DNA of 64,000 nt from an uncultured Candidatus Rokubacteria bacterium (GCA_963758635.1 CAVWWD010000008.1:544001-608000); one strand, 5' to 3'. Shown: positions 1 through 9,692, counted from the stretch's first letter. Program-made: numbers and translations. Notes: generated by a model from the letters alone, not told the origin.

Positions 1-95
1 GCCTGGCCGGGCTGGTCTCCCACGTCGAGGTGACACGCGCGCGGCGCGCTCCGTCCGCGATTCCCCCCGTGTCCTCCATCGAGTGGCCGGCGTGA
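1..95 (+). CDS. 3' end of upstream gene, probably ImuA/RecA-like mutasome protein (partial)
   Basis: Open frame LAGLVSHVEVTRARRAPSAIPPVSSIEWPA* ends at TGA 93-95, overlapping the GTG (92) of imuB; identity inferred from position only. Confidence 0.5.
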   Translation, partial: LAGLVSHVEVTRARRAPSAIPPVSSIEWPA

Positions 96-1423
96 GGCGC
101 ATCGGCTGCCTCCTCGCGCGCACGCCGCTCGCGCCCGTCGAGCAACGGGCGCTGCTCGACGTGGCGCTGTCCCACTCGCCCCGGGTCGAGGAGGGCGGGC
201 CGGGGCTCGTCTACCTCGACCTCACGGGCCTTCGCGGCCTGTTCGGCGAGGAGCCGGCCATTGGCGAGGCGCTGCGCCGCCGCGCCGCGGAGCGCGCGCT
301 GGTGGTGAGCGTGGGGATCGCGGGCAGCCGCGCCAGCGCGGGGCTCGCCGCGCGTCTCGCCGACCCGGCGCGTGTCGCCGACCCGGCGCGTGTCGCCGGC
401 GCCGCGCGTCTCGCCGAACCGGTGATGGTGGTGGCTCCGGGAGAAGACGAGGTTGCGCTTGCTTCCGCTCCGCTGTCGGTGCTTCCGTGCCCCCCGGAGA
501 TGCTGGCGCTGCTCCGGCGGTGGGGCCTGCGCACGCTGGGCGAGCTGGCCGCGCTGCCCGCCGCCGCGCTCCACGAGCGGCTGGGCGCCGAGGGCCCTCG
601 GCTCCGCGATCTGGCGCGCGGTATCGACCGGCGGCCGCTCGATCCCTGGGCGCCGGAGCGCGTGCTCGAGGAGTCGCTGGACCTCGACTGGGACATCGCC
701 GAGCTGCCGGCGCTCGCCGAAGTGGTCGCGCTCCTGATCGAGAGGATCGCGGCCCGTCTCGCGCGCGAGGATTGGGACGCCGACCGGCTCGAGTGGGAGC
801 TCGCGCTCGCCGATCGCACCGTCCATGAGGACGCGCTCCATCCCGCCGTCCCGGGCCGGGAGCCGGCCGCCCTCACCGCGCTGATCATGGGAGCGCTGGC
901 GGCCTCCCCGCCGCCGGCCGCGGTAAGGGGAGTCACGCTCCGCGCGCATCCCACCCGGGTGCCTCCGGCACAGGCCTCGCTGGGCGATCCCATGCGTCCG
1001 GGCGCGCGGGCGCTGGCCCAGGCCGTCTCCCGGCTCGCCGCCCTCGTCGGCACGGACCACGTGGGCGTGCCCAGGCTCGTCGACACCCATCGACCGGACG
1101 CCGTGTCGATGGGCGCGGTGGAGGAGTCGCGCCAGCCGGACGGAAGCCCCCGGTCGGAAGCCAGCGCGTGGCTCGCGCTGCGCCGGCTCCGCCCGCCCAC
1201 GCCGGCCACCGTGCGGCTGGCGGGCGGTCGTCCGGCGCACGTCGTGGCCGGGAAGCTCGCCGGCGTCGTGGTGAGCAGCGCCGGGCCCTGGCGCACCGCG
1301 GGGGACTGGTGGCGCGAGAGCCGCTGGGGCGCGGACGAGTGGGACGCGGAGCTGGCCGACGGTACGCTCTGCCGCCTCGCCCACGACGGCACGTCCTGGG
1401 TGCTCGAGGGGATCTACGACTGA
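92..1423 (+). CDS. imuB: ImuB, Y-family DNA polymerase-like mutasome protein
   Basis: SPRVE..G.VYLDLTGL, VSVGIAGSR, WGLRTLGELAALP, C-terminal GPWRTAGDWW...DEWD...LEGIYD; upstream of dnaE2; ORF track start is 83, GTGA overlap favours 92. Confidence 0.88.
   Translation: MRRIGCLLARTPLAPVEQRALLDVALSHSPRVEEGGPGLVYLDLTGLRGLFGEEPAIGEALRRRAAERALVVSVGIAGSRASAGLAARLADPARVADPARVAGAARLAEPVMVVAPGEDEVALASAPLSVLPCPPEMLALLRRWGLRTLGELAALPAAALHERLGAEGPRLRDLARGIDRRPLDPWAPERVLEESLDLDWDIAELPALAEVVALLIERIAARLAREDWDADRLEWELALADRTVHEDALHPAVPGREPAALTALIMGALAASPPPAAVRGVTLRAHPTRVPPAQASLGDPMRPGARALAQAVSRLAALVGTDHVGVPRLVDTHRPDAVSMGAVEESRQPDGSPRSEASAWLALRRLRPPTPATVRLAGGRPAHVVAGKLAGVVVSSAGPWRTAGDWWRESRWGADEWDAELADGTLCRLAHDGTSWVLEGIYD
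350..421 (+). repeat. In-frame 18-bp tandem repeat x4 in imuB
   Basis: gcgcgt(c/g)tcgccg(a/g)... units encoding ARLADP-ARVADP-ARVAGA-ARLAEP. Confidence 0.85.
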
Positions 1424-2325
1424 TGCGCGACGTGACGGCGGTCGTCACCGACATCGACAACACGCTCTACGACTGGATGGCCATGTGGGTGCCGGCGTTC
1501 GACGGCATGCTGCTCCGCCTGGCCGCGGACAGCGGCGTGTTGCGCGAGCAGCTCGAGCGGGAGTTCTCGGCCGTACACCAGCGTCACGGCACCACGGAGT
1601 ACGCCTTCGCCATCCAGGAGCTGCCGAGCCTGGTCGCCCTGCATCCGGGAGAGGACCTCGTCATCCGCTATGCCTCCGCCATCGCCGCGTACCGCACGGC
1701 GCGACGCCGCACGCTCCAGTTGTTCCCAGGCGTGAGCGAGACGCTGGCCGCCATCCGGGCCGCGGGATGCCGGGTGGTGGGGTACACCGAATCCCGCGCC
1801 TACTACGCCAACTACCGGATCCGTGCGCTGGGGCTCGACGGCCTCCTCGATCACGTGTACTCGCCGCCCGATCACGCGCTGCCCGGCGGCGTGAGCCCCG
1901 AGGAGATCCGCCGCTACCCCGCGGAGCACTACGAGCTCACCCGCACCGTGCACCGTCACACGCCCGAGGGCGCCTGGAAGCCCGACGTCGCCGTGCTGCG
2001 CGCCATCCTGGGGGAGATCGGCGCCGATCCGGCGCGGACCCTCTACGTGGGCGACAGCCTCGTGAAGGACGTGGGCATGGCCCAGGAGGCGGGCGTGATC
2101 GACGTGTTCGCGCGCTACGGCGCCGTCCCCGACCGCTCCGGCTACGACCTGCTCCGGCGCGTGACCCACTGGACGCCGGAGATGGTCGAGCGCTCCGAGC
2201 GCGTCGCGGAGGCGGACGTGTCTCCCACCCACGTGCTCGCCGGAGGCTTCGCGGAGCTGCTCGACCTGTTCACGTTCGCCCCGTTCTCGCCGCGCGAGAT
2301 GGGACCGGACGATCAATCGGAATAG
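1423..2325 (+). CDS. HAD-family hydrolase/phosphatase
   Basis: Motif I TDIDNTLYDW, KPD and YVGDSLVKDVGMA; ATG overlaps the imuB stop (TGATG). Confidence 0.88.
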   Translation: MRDVTAVVTDIDNTLYDWMAMWVPAFDGMLLRLAADSGVLREQLEREFSAVHQRHGTTEYAFAIQELPSLVALHPGEDLVIRYASAIAAYRTARRRTLQLFPGVSETLAAIRAAGCRVVGYTESRAYYANYRIRALGLDGLLDHVYSPPDHALPGGVSPEEIRRYPAEHYELTRTVHRHTPEGAWKPDVAVLRAILGEIGADPARTLYVGDSLVKDVGMAQEAGVIDVFARYGAVPDRSGYDLLRRVTHWTPEMVERSERVAEADVSPTHVLAGGFAELLDLFTFAPFSPREMGPDDQSE

Positions 2326-2557
2326 AAGTGCGGTCGGAGAGCTTCTTCCGAGATGAATCGACTCGCCTGGCGAAGAATGGCTCGGCACGTCCCGGTATCG
2401 AGCTCCGTGTGGATCGGCACCGTGAGCGTCTGGATCGTGCCATCGGAAAGAACGCGACGGATCTTGGCGTGACTTCTCCGTCGAGAGTGGATCGTGAAAC
2501 CGAAGCCGCTGAGAATGGAAACGATCTCCGCGCTGAGAGGCGGCGGAGTTTAGGCAT
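2313..2557 (-). CDS. hicA: HicA-family toxin (one frameshift near 2533)
   Basis: Manual translation with a 1-nt correction: MPKLRRLSGAEIVSILSGFGFTIHSRRRSHAKIRRVLSDGTIQTLTVPIHTELDTGTCRAILRQASRFISEEALRPHFYSD*. Confidence 0.82.
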
Positions 2558-2779
2558 GCGCGGGCAGGATCTCCATGGTCACGACAACCGTTGGATTCGG
2601 TGCGAGTCCAAGAGAAGCCAGGTCCTCGTCGGCGAGATGAAGGGAGACGGCCTCGCGGAGGTTGTTCGTGACCTCGTCCAAGGTATGCCCTTGGGTGATG
2701 ACCGGAATCTCGAGACATTCGGCCACGTATCCCGATTCATCGCCGGACGGATCACCGCTTTGATCGTGTGCTGAAGCAT
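2550..2779 (-). CDS. hicB: HicB-family antitoxin (one frameshift near 2745)
   Basis: Manual translation with a 1-nt correction: MLQHTIKAVIRPGDESGYVAECLEIPVITQGHTLDEVTNNLREAVSLHLADEDLASLGLAPNPTVVVTMEILPAHA*; overlaps the hicA start. Confidence 0.85.
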
Positions 2780-2833
2780 CGATTTCCTCTCATTGTGCCG
2801 AGTATAGCGCCGAGCCGTTCGACGGCCTGACCC

Positions 2834-5800
2834 GTGTACGTCGAGCTGCACGCGCGCAGCGCCTTCAGCTTCCTCGAGGCCACCGCCTTGCCGGAGACGC
2901 TCGTGGAGCGCGCGGCGGCGCTCGGGCAGCCCGCGATGGCCCTCGTGGACCGCGATGGGCTCTACGGCGCCCCCCGCTTCTATCGCGCGGCCACGCGCAT
3001 GGGTATCGCGCCGCTGGTGGGCGCGGAGGTGACGCTGGCCGGCGGCGGGCGCCTGCCGCTCCTGGTGGAAGACCGCGAGGGCTACCAGAACCTCTGCCGG
3101 CTGCTCACGCGCATGAAGATGCGGGCGTATTGCAGGGCGAGGCGCAGCCGAAGGCGAGCCGAGCGGACTGGAAGAGGGGAGGCGAGAGGGCGAGGTCACG
3201 TTGGACGAGCTGGCTGAGCACGCGGCCGGCCTCGTCGCGCTCACCGGCGGGGCGGACGGGCCAGTGGCGGCCCGGCTCGCGCACGGCGGAACCCGCGGCG
3301 TGGACGAGGCGCGCGCGCTCCTCGACCGCCTCGTGTCGATCTACGGGCGCTGGAGCGTGTTCGTGGAGCTGCAGCGCCACCTGAGCCGCGTGCAGGAGGC
3401 GCGTAACGAATGGCTCCGCGCCGAGGCGGACCGGCTCCGGCTGCCGCTCCTGGCCACCAACGAGCCCCGGCAGATCGCGCGCGGCGACCGCCCGCTGCTG
3501 GACGTGCTCACGTGCATCCGGAACCACGTCACGCTCGACGGCGTGGGCCGGCTCCTCGCCGACAACGCCGAGCGCCACGTGAAGCCCGCCCGCCACATGG
3601 AGCGTCTCTTCGCCGATTGCCCCGCCGCGGTGGCGAACACCGGCGAGCTGGCCCTGCGCCTGGGCTTCACGCTCAAGAACCTCGGCTATCGTTTCCCGGA
3701 CTACCCGCTGCCGCCGGGCCAGACGCCGCTGGGCCTCCTCCGCCACCTGAGCGAGCAGGGCGCGCGCCGGCGCTACGGCACGGGCCCGCTCGCCGAGAAG
3801 GCGCGCCGGCAGATCGCACGCGAGCTGGACCTGATCGGCCGCCTCGACCTGCCGGGCTACTTCCTGATCGTGTGGGACCTGGTCGAGTACTGCCGCGCGC
3901 AGGACATCCTGGTGCAGGGCCGGGGCTCGGCGGCCAACAGCGCGGTGTGCTACGCGCTGGGCATCACCGCCGTGGATCCCGTCGGGATGGAGCTCCTGTT
4001 CGAGCGTTTCCTCTCCGAGGAGCGGGGCGAGTGGCCGGACATCGACCTGGACCTGCCGAGCGGCGACCGTCGCGAGCGCGTGATCCAGTACGTCTACGAG
4101 CGCTACGGCCGGCTCGGCGCGGCCATGACCGCCAACGTCATCACGTATCGCGGCCGGAGCGCGGCACGCGAGGTGGGCAAGGTGCTGGGGCTGCCCGCGG
4201 ACCTCCTCGACCGCCTCTCGCGCCTCGTCAGCGAGTTCGAGTACAAGGACCCGGGCGACACGCTCCTGGCCCACCTGGACGAGGCCGGCTGCGACCCGCG
4301 CGATCCGCGCATGCAGCGGTTCGCCGAGCTGTGGCCGGCCATCCAGGACCTGCCGCGGCACCTCGGCCAGCACTCGGGCGGCATGGTCATCGCGCAGGGG
4401 CGGCTCGACTCGGTGGCGCCGCTCGAGCCCGCGACCATGCCCGGCCGCTCGGTGGTGCAGTGGGACAAGGACGACTGCGGCGCGCTCGGCATGGTGAAGG
4501 TGGACCTGCTCGGGACTCGGCATGATGTCGCTGCTCCAGGACGCCATCCAGATGATCGAGGCGCGCGGCGGGCATCTCGACCTGGCGCATCTGCCGCCCG
4601 ACGACGCCAAGGTATACGGCATGCTCCAGGAAGCCGACACCATCGGCGTGTTCCAGGTGGAGAGCCGCGCGCAGATGGCCACCCTCCCGCGCCTGCGCCC
4701 GACGTGCTTCTACGACCTCGTGGTGGAGGTGGCCATCATCCGCCCGGGCCCGATCATGGGCGACATGGTGCACCCCTACCTGCGCCGGCGCGCCGGGCGC
4801 GAGGAGAAGACGGTGCCGCACCCGTCGCTCGAGCCCATCCTGGCGCGCACCCTCGGCGTGCCGCTCTTCCAGGAGCAGCTCCTGCGCATGGCCATGGCCA
4901 CCGCCGGCTTCACGGGCGGCGAGGCCGAGGAGCTGCGCCGGGCCATGGGCTTCAAGCGCTCGGAGCGGGCGATGCGCGAGATCGAGGTGAAGCTCCGCGC
5001 GGGCATGGCCCGGAACGGCATCACGGGCGCCCAGGCCGACACCATCGTGCGCTCTATCACCGCGTTCGCGCTGTATGGGTTCCCGGAATGCGTGGTCGGC
5101 GACACCCGCGTCATCGACGCAGACACTGGTCGCTGGGTTCCGATCGAGGACGTGGTATCGGCGCGCGCGCCGGTCACCCACACGCTCGCCTGCGACGTGG
5201 ATCTAAAGCTTCAGACGCGCCGGGTGCTCGCGGCAACGTCGAGCGGCCGCCGTGCCGTGCTCCGTCTCCGGACGGCTCTCGGCCGGGAACTCGCGGCGAC
5301 GCCCGAGCACCCGCTGCTGACGATGGAGGGGTGGCGGGTTCTTGGCGACTTGCGGACCGGTGATCGCGTCGCCGGAAGCTCGCTCGATGCGCTCGGGGGA
5401 AGAGGGGCCATCGAGTGGGACCACGTTACGACCATCGAGCCAGACGGAACTCGGGAGACGTACGATCTCCGGATCGAAGCGGACCACAACTTCCTGGCCA
5501 ACGGCCTCGTGGTGCACAATTCTCACGCCGCTAGCTTCGCGCTCCTCGCCTACGCGAGCGCCTATCTGAAGACGCACCATCCGGCGGCCTTCTACGCCGC
5601 GTTGCTCAACAACCAGCCGATGGGCTTCTATCACCCTGCGACCATCGTGCGGGACGCCGAACGGCACGGCCAGGCCATCCTGCCGATCGACGTGAACAGC
5701 TCGGACTGGCTCTGCACCATCGAGCCCGACGGTGCCGTGCGCCTCGGGCTTCGTTACGTGAAAGGCCTGCGGGAGGAGATCGGGAAGCGCCTGGAGGCCG

Positions 5801-6432
5801 AGCGCCGGACGGTTCCATTCTTTTCCGTGGACGACGTGGCGCGCCGGGGCGCGCCCAGCCGTGAGGAGCTGGCGCGGCTGGCGGAGATCGGCGCGCTCGG
5901 CAGTCTCGGTCTCGAGCGGCGCCACGCTCTCTGGGAGAGCGCCCGGGCCAGCCGTCCCGTCGGCGCGCTCTACGAGGCCGCCCCCGATCGACTCTTGCCA
6001 TCACCGCTGCCGGCCATGACGGCCGGCGAGCGCGTGGTGGCGGACTACGAGGGCACCAGCCTGAGCCTCGGGCCCCACCCGATGCTGTTCCACCGCGAGC
6101 GCCTGACGCGCATGGGCGTGCGGCGGGGAACGGACCTCACGCGCATCGCGCCGGGGAAGCGCGTGACCGTGGCCGGCGCGGTGGTGGTGCGGCAGCGGCC
6201 CGGCACGGCCAAAGGCCTCCTGTTCATGAACCTCGAGGACGAGACCGGGCTCCTCAACATCGTGGTCTATCCCGACCTCTTCCGGCGCGAGCGCGTGCTG
6301 CTGGTCACGGAGCCCTTTCTCCTGGTGGAGGGCGTGCTCCAGCGGGAGGACGGCGTCACCTCGGTGCTGGCCCGCCGGGTCCGAGCCCTACGCCACCGCC
6401 TCACCGGCGTGCCCTCACACGACTTCCATTGA
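2834..6432 (+). CDS. dnaE2: Error-prone DNA polymerase DnaE2/ImuC, intein-containing (frameshifts near 3120-3190 and 4515)
   Basis: PHP start YVELHARSAFSFLE, QGRGSAANSAVCY, PDIDLD, LPRHLGQHSGG, QVESRAQM, RQRPGTAKG, C-terminal SHDFH typical of DnaE2. Confidence 0.95.
3137..3173 (+). repeat. Partial copy of REP-like dispersed repeat inside dnaE2
   Basis: GCGAGGCGCAGCCGAAGGCGAGCCGAGCG matches the left half of the copies at 52010 and 58367. Confidence 0.65.
5089..5520 (+). mobile_element. Mini-intein (144 aa, no homing endonuclease) in DnaE2
   Basis: Interrupts YGFPE|SHAASF; begins CVVGDTRV, has block B TPEHPLL, ends TYDLRIEADHNFLANGLVVHN, +1 residue is Ser. Confidence 0.95.
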
Positions 6433-6526
6433 CCTCCCCGTCCAATCCCAGCACTCCTCCGCGCCGCATCGGATCAGATACACAGGACCGCTCCTTGTTC
6501 CCGGCCCTCCCTGCACGCTATAGTGC

Positions 6527-6625
6527 GGCCTCAACGACGTCACCACGACCATGATCTACACGCACGTCCTGAACCGCGGCCCCGCCGGCGTCCGGAGCCC
6601 GGCCGACCGGATGTTCCTTTCATGA
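6527..6625 (+). pseudogene. intI: C-terminal remnant of integron integrase IntI
   Basis: Frame [32 protein letters not shown] matches the IntI box-II tail [16 protein letters not shown]...V.SP.D; no upstream body of the gene. Confidence 0.88.
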
Positions 6626-6865
6626 ACGTGCTGGGACCGGCCGGATACACTGCAGGGCTCTGCTGCATATCACGGGTCCTCACCACTCGCCTCGTCGTAA
6701 CCTGCAGGGTCGGTGGACGTCCTGGAAGGACCAACTCGAGCCTGACCGTGTTAAACAGGTCAGCCTTGGCGTATAGCGAAGTTCAAGCCACATCGCGTCC
6801 GGCGAACAGACGTACCGTCGCTGGGGGCCCCATAGTGGAGCGGCCACCGGGGCGTCAGGAGAGAG

Positions 6866-7165
6866 GTGCCCTACAGGGTTGAGTTCGCGGAGTCGGTTGA
6901 GGCTCATTTTCGAGCGTTGACAGCTCGGGACCGAGTGACGACGCTCGCGGCGATCGAACGTCAGCTGATCCACGAACCGCTCAAGGAAACGAGGAACCGG
7001 AAGCCGCTTCGGCCGAACCCGATTGCACCGTGGGAGCTGCGCGTGGGTGAACTCCGAGTCTTCTACGAGGTCATCGGATCCGGCACAGGCGTCGTGCGCA
7101 TTCTCGCGGTGGGCCGAAAGCGCCGCGACGTGCTGACTATTGGTGGTAAGGAGATAGCGCTATGA
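6866..7165 (+). CDS. RelE/ParE-family type II toxin (gene cassette 1)
   Basis: 99 aa; RNRKPLRPNPIAPWELRVGELRVFYEV...VRILAVGRK. Confidence 0.88.
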   Translation: MPYRVEFAESVEAHFRALTARDRVTTLAAIERQLIHEPLKETRNRKPLRPNPIAPWELRVGELRVFYEVIGSGTGVVRILAVGRKRRDVLTIGGKEIAL

Positions 7166-7470
7166 AGAAGCTGAAGGTGTCGTCGGCACGGCGCCCGCTC
7201 GCGGAATACGTGGCTGATCTTCGCGACGAGACCATATTTTTGACCGAGGGCAACCGCGCGGTTGCAGCGATCGTTCCCCTCAAGAACGTTGATCGTGAAT
7301 CCTTGGCGCTGAGCCAGCATCCTGAGTTCCTCGAACTCATCGCGCGTTCACGGGCGGATTTCGCCGCGGGACGGACCATCTCGCTAGATGACATGAAACG
7401 ACGCATGCTGCCGAGACCGTCGCCGAACAAGCGCATCCAGCCGACGGCGCGCCGGGCGCGCCGCGACTGA
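7162..7470 (+). CDS. Cognate antitoxin (Phd/YefM-like), 3' end reads into attC
   Basis: ATGA overlap with the toxin; LAEYV...IFLTEGNRAVAAIVPL...ESLALSQHPEFLELIARSR; tail PNKRIQPTARR is attC-encoded. Confidence 0.8.
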   Translation: MKKLKVSSARRPLAEYVADLRDETIFLTEGNRAVAAIVPLKNVDRESLALSQHPEFLELIARSRADFAAGRTISLDDMKRRMLPRPSPNKRIQPTARRARRD

Positions 7471-7485
7471 TACGCTGCGTTAGAC
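7422..7485 (+). mobile_element. Integron attC site 1 (64 bp)
   Basis: R'' GCCGAAC ... R' GTTAGAC; arms AGCGCATCCAGCCGACGGCGCGCC and the reverse complement AGCGTATCAGTCGCGGCGCGCC pair with two unpaired extra bases. Confidence 0.88.
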
Positions 7486-7527
7486 GCGTGAGAAGAGCGC
7501 GCGAGTTTGACGTCGTAGAATCAGCCA

Positions 7528-7788
<261 letters not shown>

Positions 7789-7802
<14 letters not shown>

Positions 7803-8040
7803 GTCCCGCGCCAAAAATGAACTCCGGAGATCCTACAAGCGTTCGGACTTTCCCGCTGGCTTCATCCGCGGGAAGTATGCGGCCCGGCTCGCCGCCGGGT
7901 CGAACGTTGTCGTCCTCAGCCCTGCGAACGCAGCGGCTTTCCCAACGTCCGACGCCGTGAACGAAGCCCTGAATGGATTGGTACGGGTTGCGAAGTCGGC
8001 GCGTCTAACAAACCGTTCGAGCGGGCGGCGTTCTCGGTAG
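7789..8040 (+). CDS. BrnT-associated antitoxin (BrnA-like)
   Basis: MKKARSRAKNELRRSY...RGKYAARLAAGSNVVVL...AAAFPTSDAVNEAL; overlaps the toxin end. Confidence 0.8.
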
Positions 8041-8090
8041 GGTGCCGATCTCAAGGCGCTTGGGCGCCGCCGCTCACCGTGGCGTTCGGC
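8003..8090 (+). mobile_element. Integron attC site 2 (88 bp)
   Basis: R'' GTCTAAC ... R' GTTCGGC; arms TTCGAGCGGGCGGCG and the reverse complement GTGAGCGGCGGCG; CGCGTCTAAC (8000-8009) is the exact complement of the cassette start GTTAGACGCG (7479-7488). Confidence 0.88.
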
Positions 8091-8261
8091 ACGTGGCCGG
8101 AACAAGATCGGCACTACCGGGTGAGGCTTCCAAAGGGGTGCTGCAACACTAGGACTCGGGGGAGGGATCGATGATGGGTGCACAGGGGGTCGTTGTACTG
8201 CCGGGACAGGGTTCGGTCTGTCTCCCGCCCTAGAGTTTCGGTGGACACCTCACTGGAGGGC

Positions 8262-8747
8262 ATGATGGTCCTGACCTGGAAGGAGCTCGCAGCCGCTGAG
8301 CCGGAGCTGGCCGACGTTGGCCGTGCCCTGCTCTTCCAGTTCAAGGTGGGGCTGGCTTTCCTCGCCACTGTCCGGAAGGACGGCGGCCCTCGCCTCCACC
8401 CGGTGTGCCCCGTCATCTCGAACGATCGTCTGTTCGTGCTCGTGACCCCGACCTCGCCCAAGCGGCACGACCTGGTGCGAGACGGCAAGTACGCTCTTCA
8501 AAGCTTTCCCCAGCCGAAACCAGGAAGCGACGAGTTCTACATGACGGGCCGAGCGGTTCTGGTGCACGACCCGGCGGTGCGTGCCGGCATTCTTCGCGAT
8601 GCCAAGCACAAGGCGGACGCATCGGAAACTGCGTTCGAGCTCACGATCGATCGCGTCATGCATACGAGATGGGAGGACGTGCTGACCCCGCAGATGCGCC
8701 CTGTGCGCAGGAAGTGGCGGGCCCCGTCGGCGCCAGGTGAACGGTAG
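8262..8747 (+). CDS. Pyridoxamine 5'-phosphate oxidase-like (split-barrel) protein
   Basis: LATVRKDGGPRLHPVCP, SPKRHDL.RDG.YAL; GGAGG RBS. Confidence 0.82.
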   Translation: MMVLTWKELAAAEPELADVGRALLFQFKVGLAFLATVRKDGGPRLHPVCPVISNDRLFVLVTPTSPKRHDLVRDGKYALQSFPQPKPGSDEFYMTGRAVLVHDPAVRAGILRDAKHKADASETAFELTIDRVMHTRWEDVLTPQMRPVRRKWRAPSAPGER

Positions 8748-8759
8748 CCGCGTGATCGC

Positions 8760-9221
8760 GTGATGGCCGGGGCGCCGCGGTTGGACTTTCTGACCCGGCT
8801 CGTGGTGGACGTCGGCGAGCTCGTCTCGATGGGAGCGGGCCCGCTCGGCGAGCGCCGGGTCGTGAGCATCCTGGGCGGCACGTTCGAAGGCCCGGCCATG
8901 CGCGGCGAGGTGCTTCCCGGCGCAGACTGGCAGATCGCACGCGCGGACGGCGTGCTCGACATCGACGCGCGCTACGCCCTGAAGGACACGGGCGGCGGCA
9001 TCGTCCGGGTGGTGAGCCAGGGTCTCCGGCACGGGCCGAGTGCGGTGCTCGAGGCGCTTGCGCGCGGTGAGGACGTGGAGCCGGGGCAGTACTTCTTTCG
9101 CACAATCATGCGCTTCGAGACGGGGGCTCCCCACCTGGATTGGCTGAACAGGACGATCGCGGTGGCGACCGCCCAGCGCAAGGCACGCCAGGTGCTGCTC
9201 GAGGCATATCGGCTCCTCTGA
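8760..9221 (+). CDS. DUF3237 family protein
   Basis: GERRVVSILGGTFEG, GADWQ, LDIDARY, YFFRTIMRFETG..WLN. Confidence 0.85.
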   Translation: MMAGAPRLDFLTRLVVDVGELVSMGAGPLGERRVVSILGGTFEGPAMRGEVLPGADWQIARADGVLDIDARYALKDTGGGIVRVVSQGLRHGPSAVLEALARGEDVEPGQYFFRTIMRFETGAPHLDWLNRTIAVATAQRKARQVLLEAYRLL

Positions 9222-9272
9222 GATGATGTTCGTTCGCGGTCCGAGAGGGTCGAGCGTCCATGTTCTGGCTCG

Positions 9273-9692
9273 GTGAGTCGCGTGGTCGGGCACGTGCTCT
9301 ACGCCGGCACCTACTCGCTCGCGGACGTGCCCGGCCGCCGAGGACCGTGCGTCGAGGTCGTCTTTCCACTTCCGAACGGCAACGCGATCGTGCTGATGAA
9401 GCCAGTGGCTCACGCGGACGGCTCGCTCACCGTGGTGTCCGCGGGCGCTCGCTTCGGTGACCCTGGCTTCTACTTCACGGTCGCCGTGCCCGGCCGGCCG
9501 GACCAGGTGTGGGCGCGGTACCTCGGGACGCTCAAGGAGAGCATCCACGTGTACCCGGACGGGGACGACCGAAGCGACGGTCGCGCCGCCGGGGTGCGCG
9601 CGGACCACGTGCTGACGGTCTGGGGCGCCACGTTCCTGCGTCTCCACTACCGCCTCCGGCCGCGGGCAGGCGCGGCTGCTCCCGCACGGTGA
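9273..9692 (+). CDS. Hypothetical protein, possibly a C-terminal fragment
   Basis: Coding-like composition (VVFPLPNGNA, FGDPGFYF, FLRLHY); start unclear. Confidence 0.55.
   Translation: MSRVVGHVLYAGTYSLADVPGRRGPCVEVVFPLPNGNAIVLMKPVAHADGSLTVVSAGARFGDPGFYFTVAVPGRPDQVWARYLGTLKESIHVYPDGDDRSDGRAAGVRADHVLTVWGATFLRLHYRLRPRAGAAAPAR

Noticed and set aside
6523..6882. 119-aa ORF as a real gene
   Set aside because: No recognisable protein features; it overlaps the intI remnant in another frame
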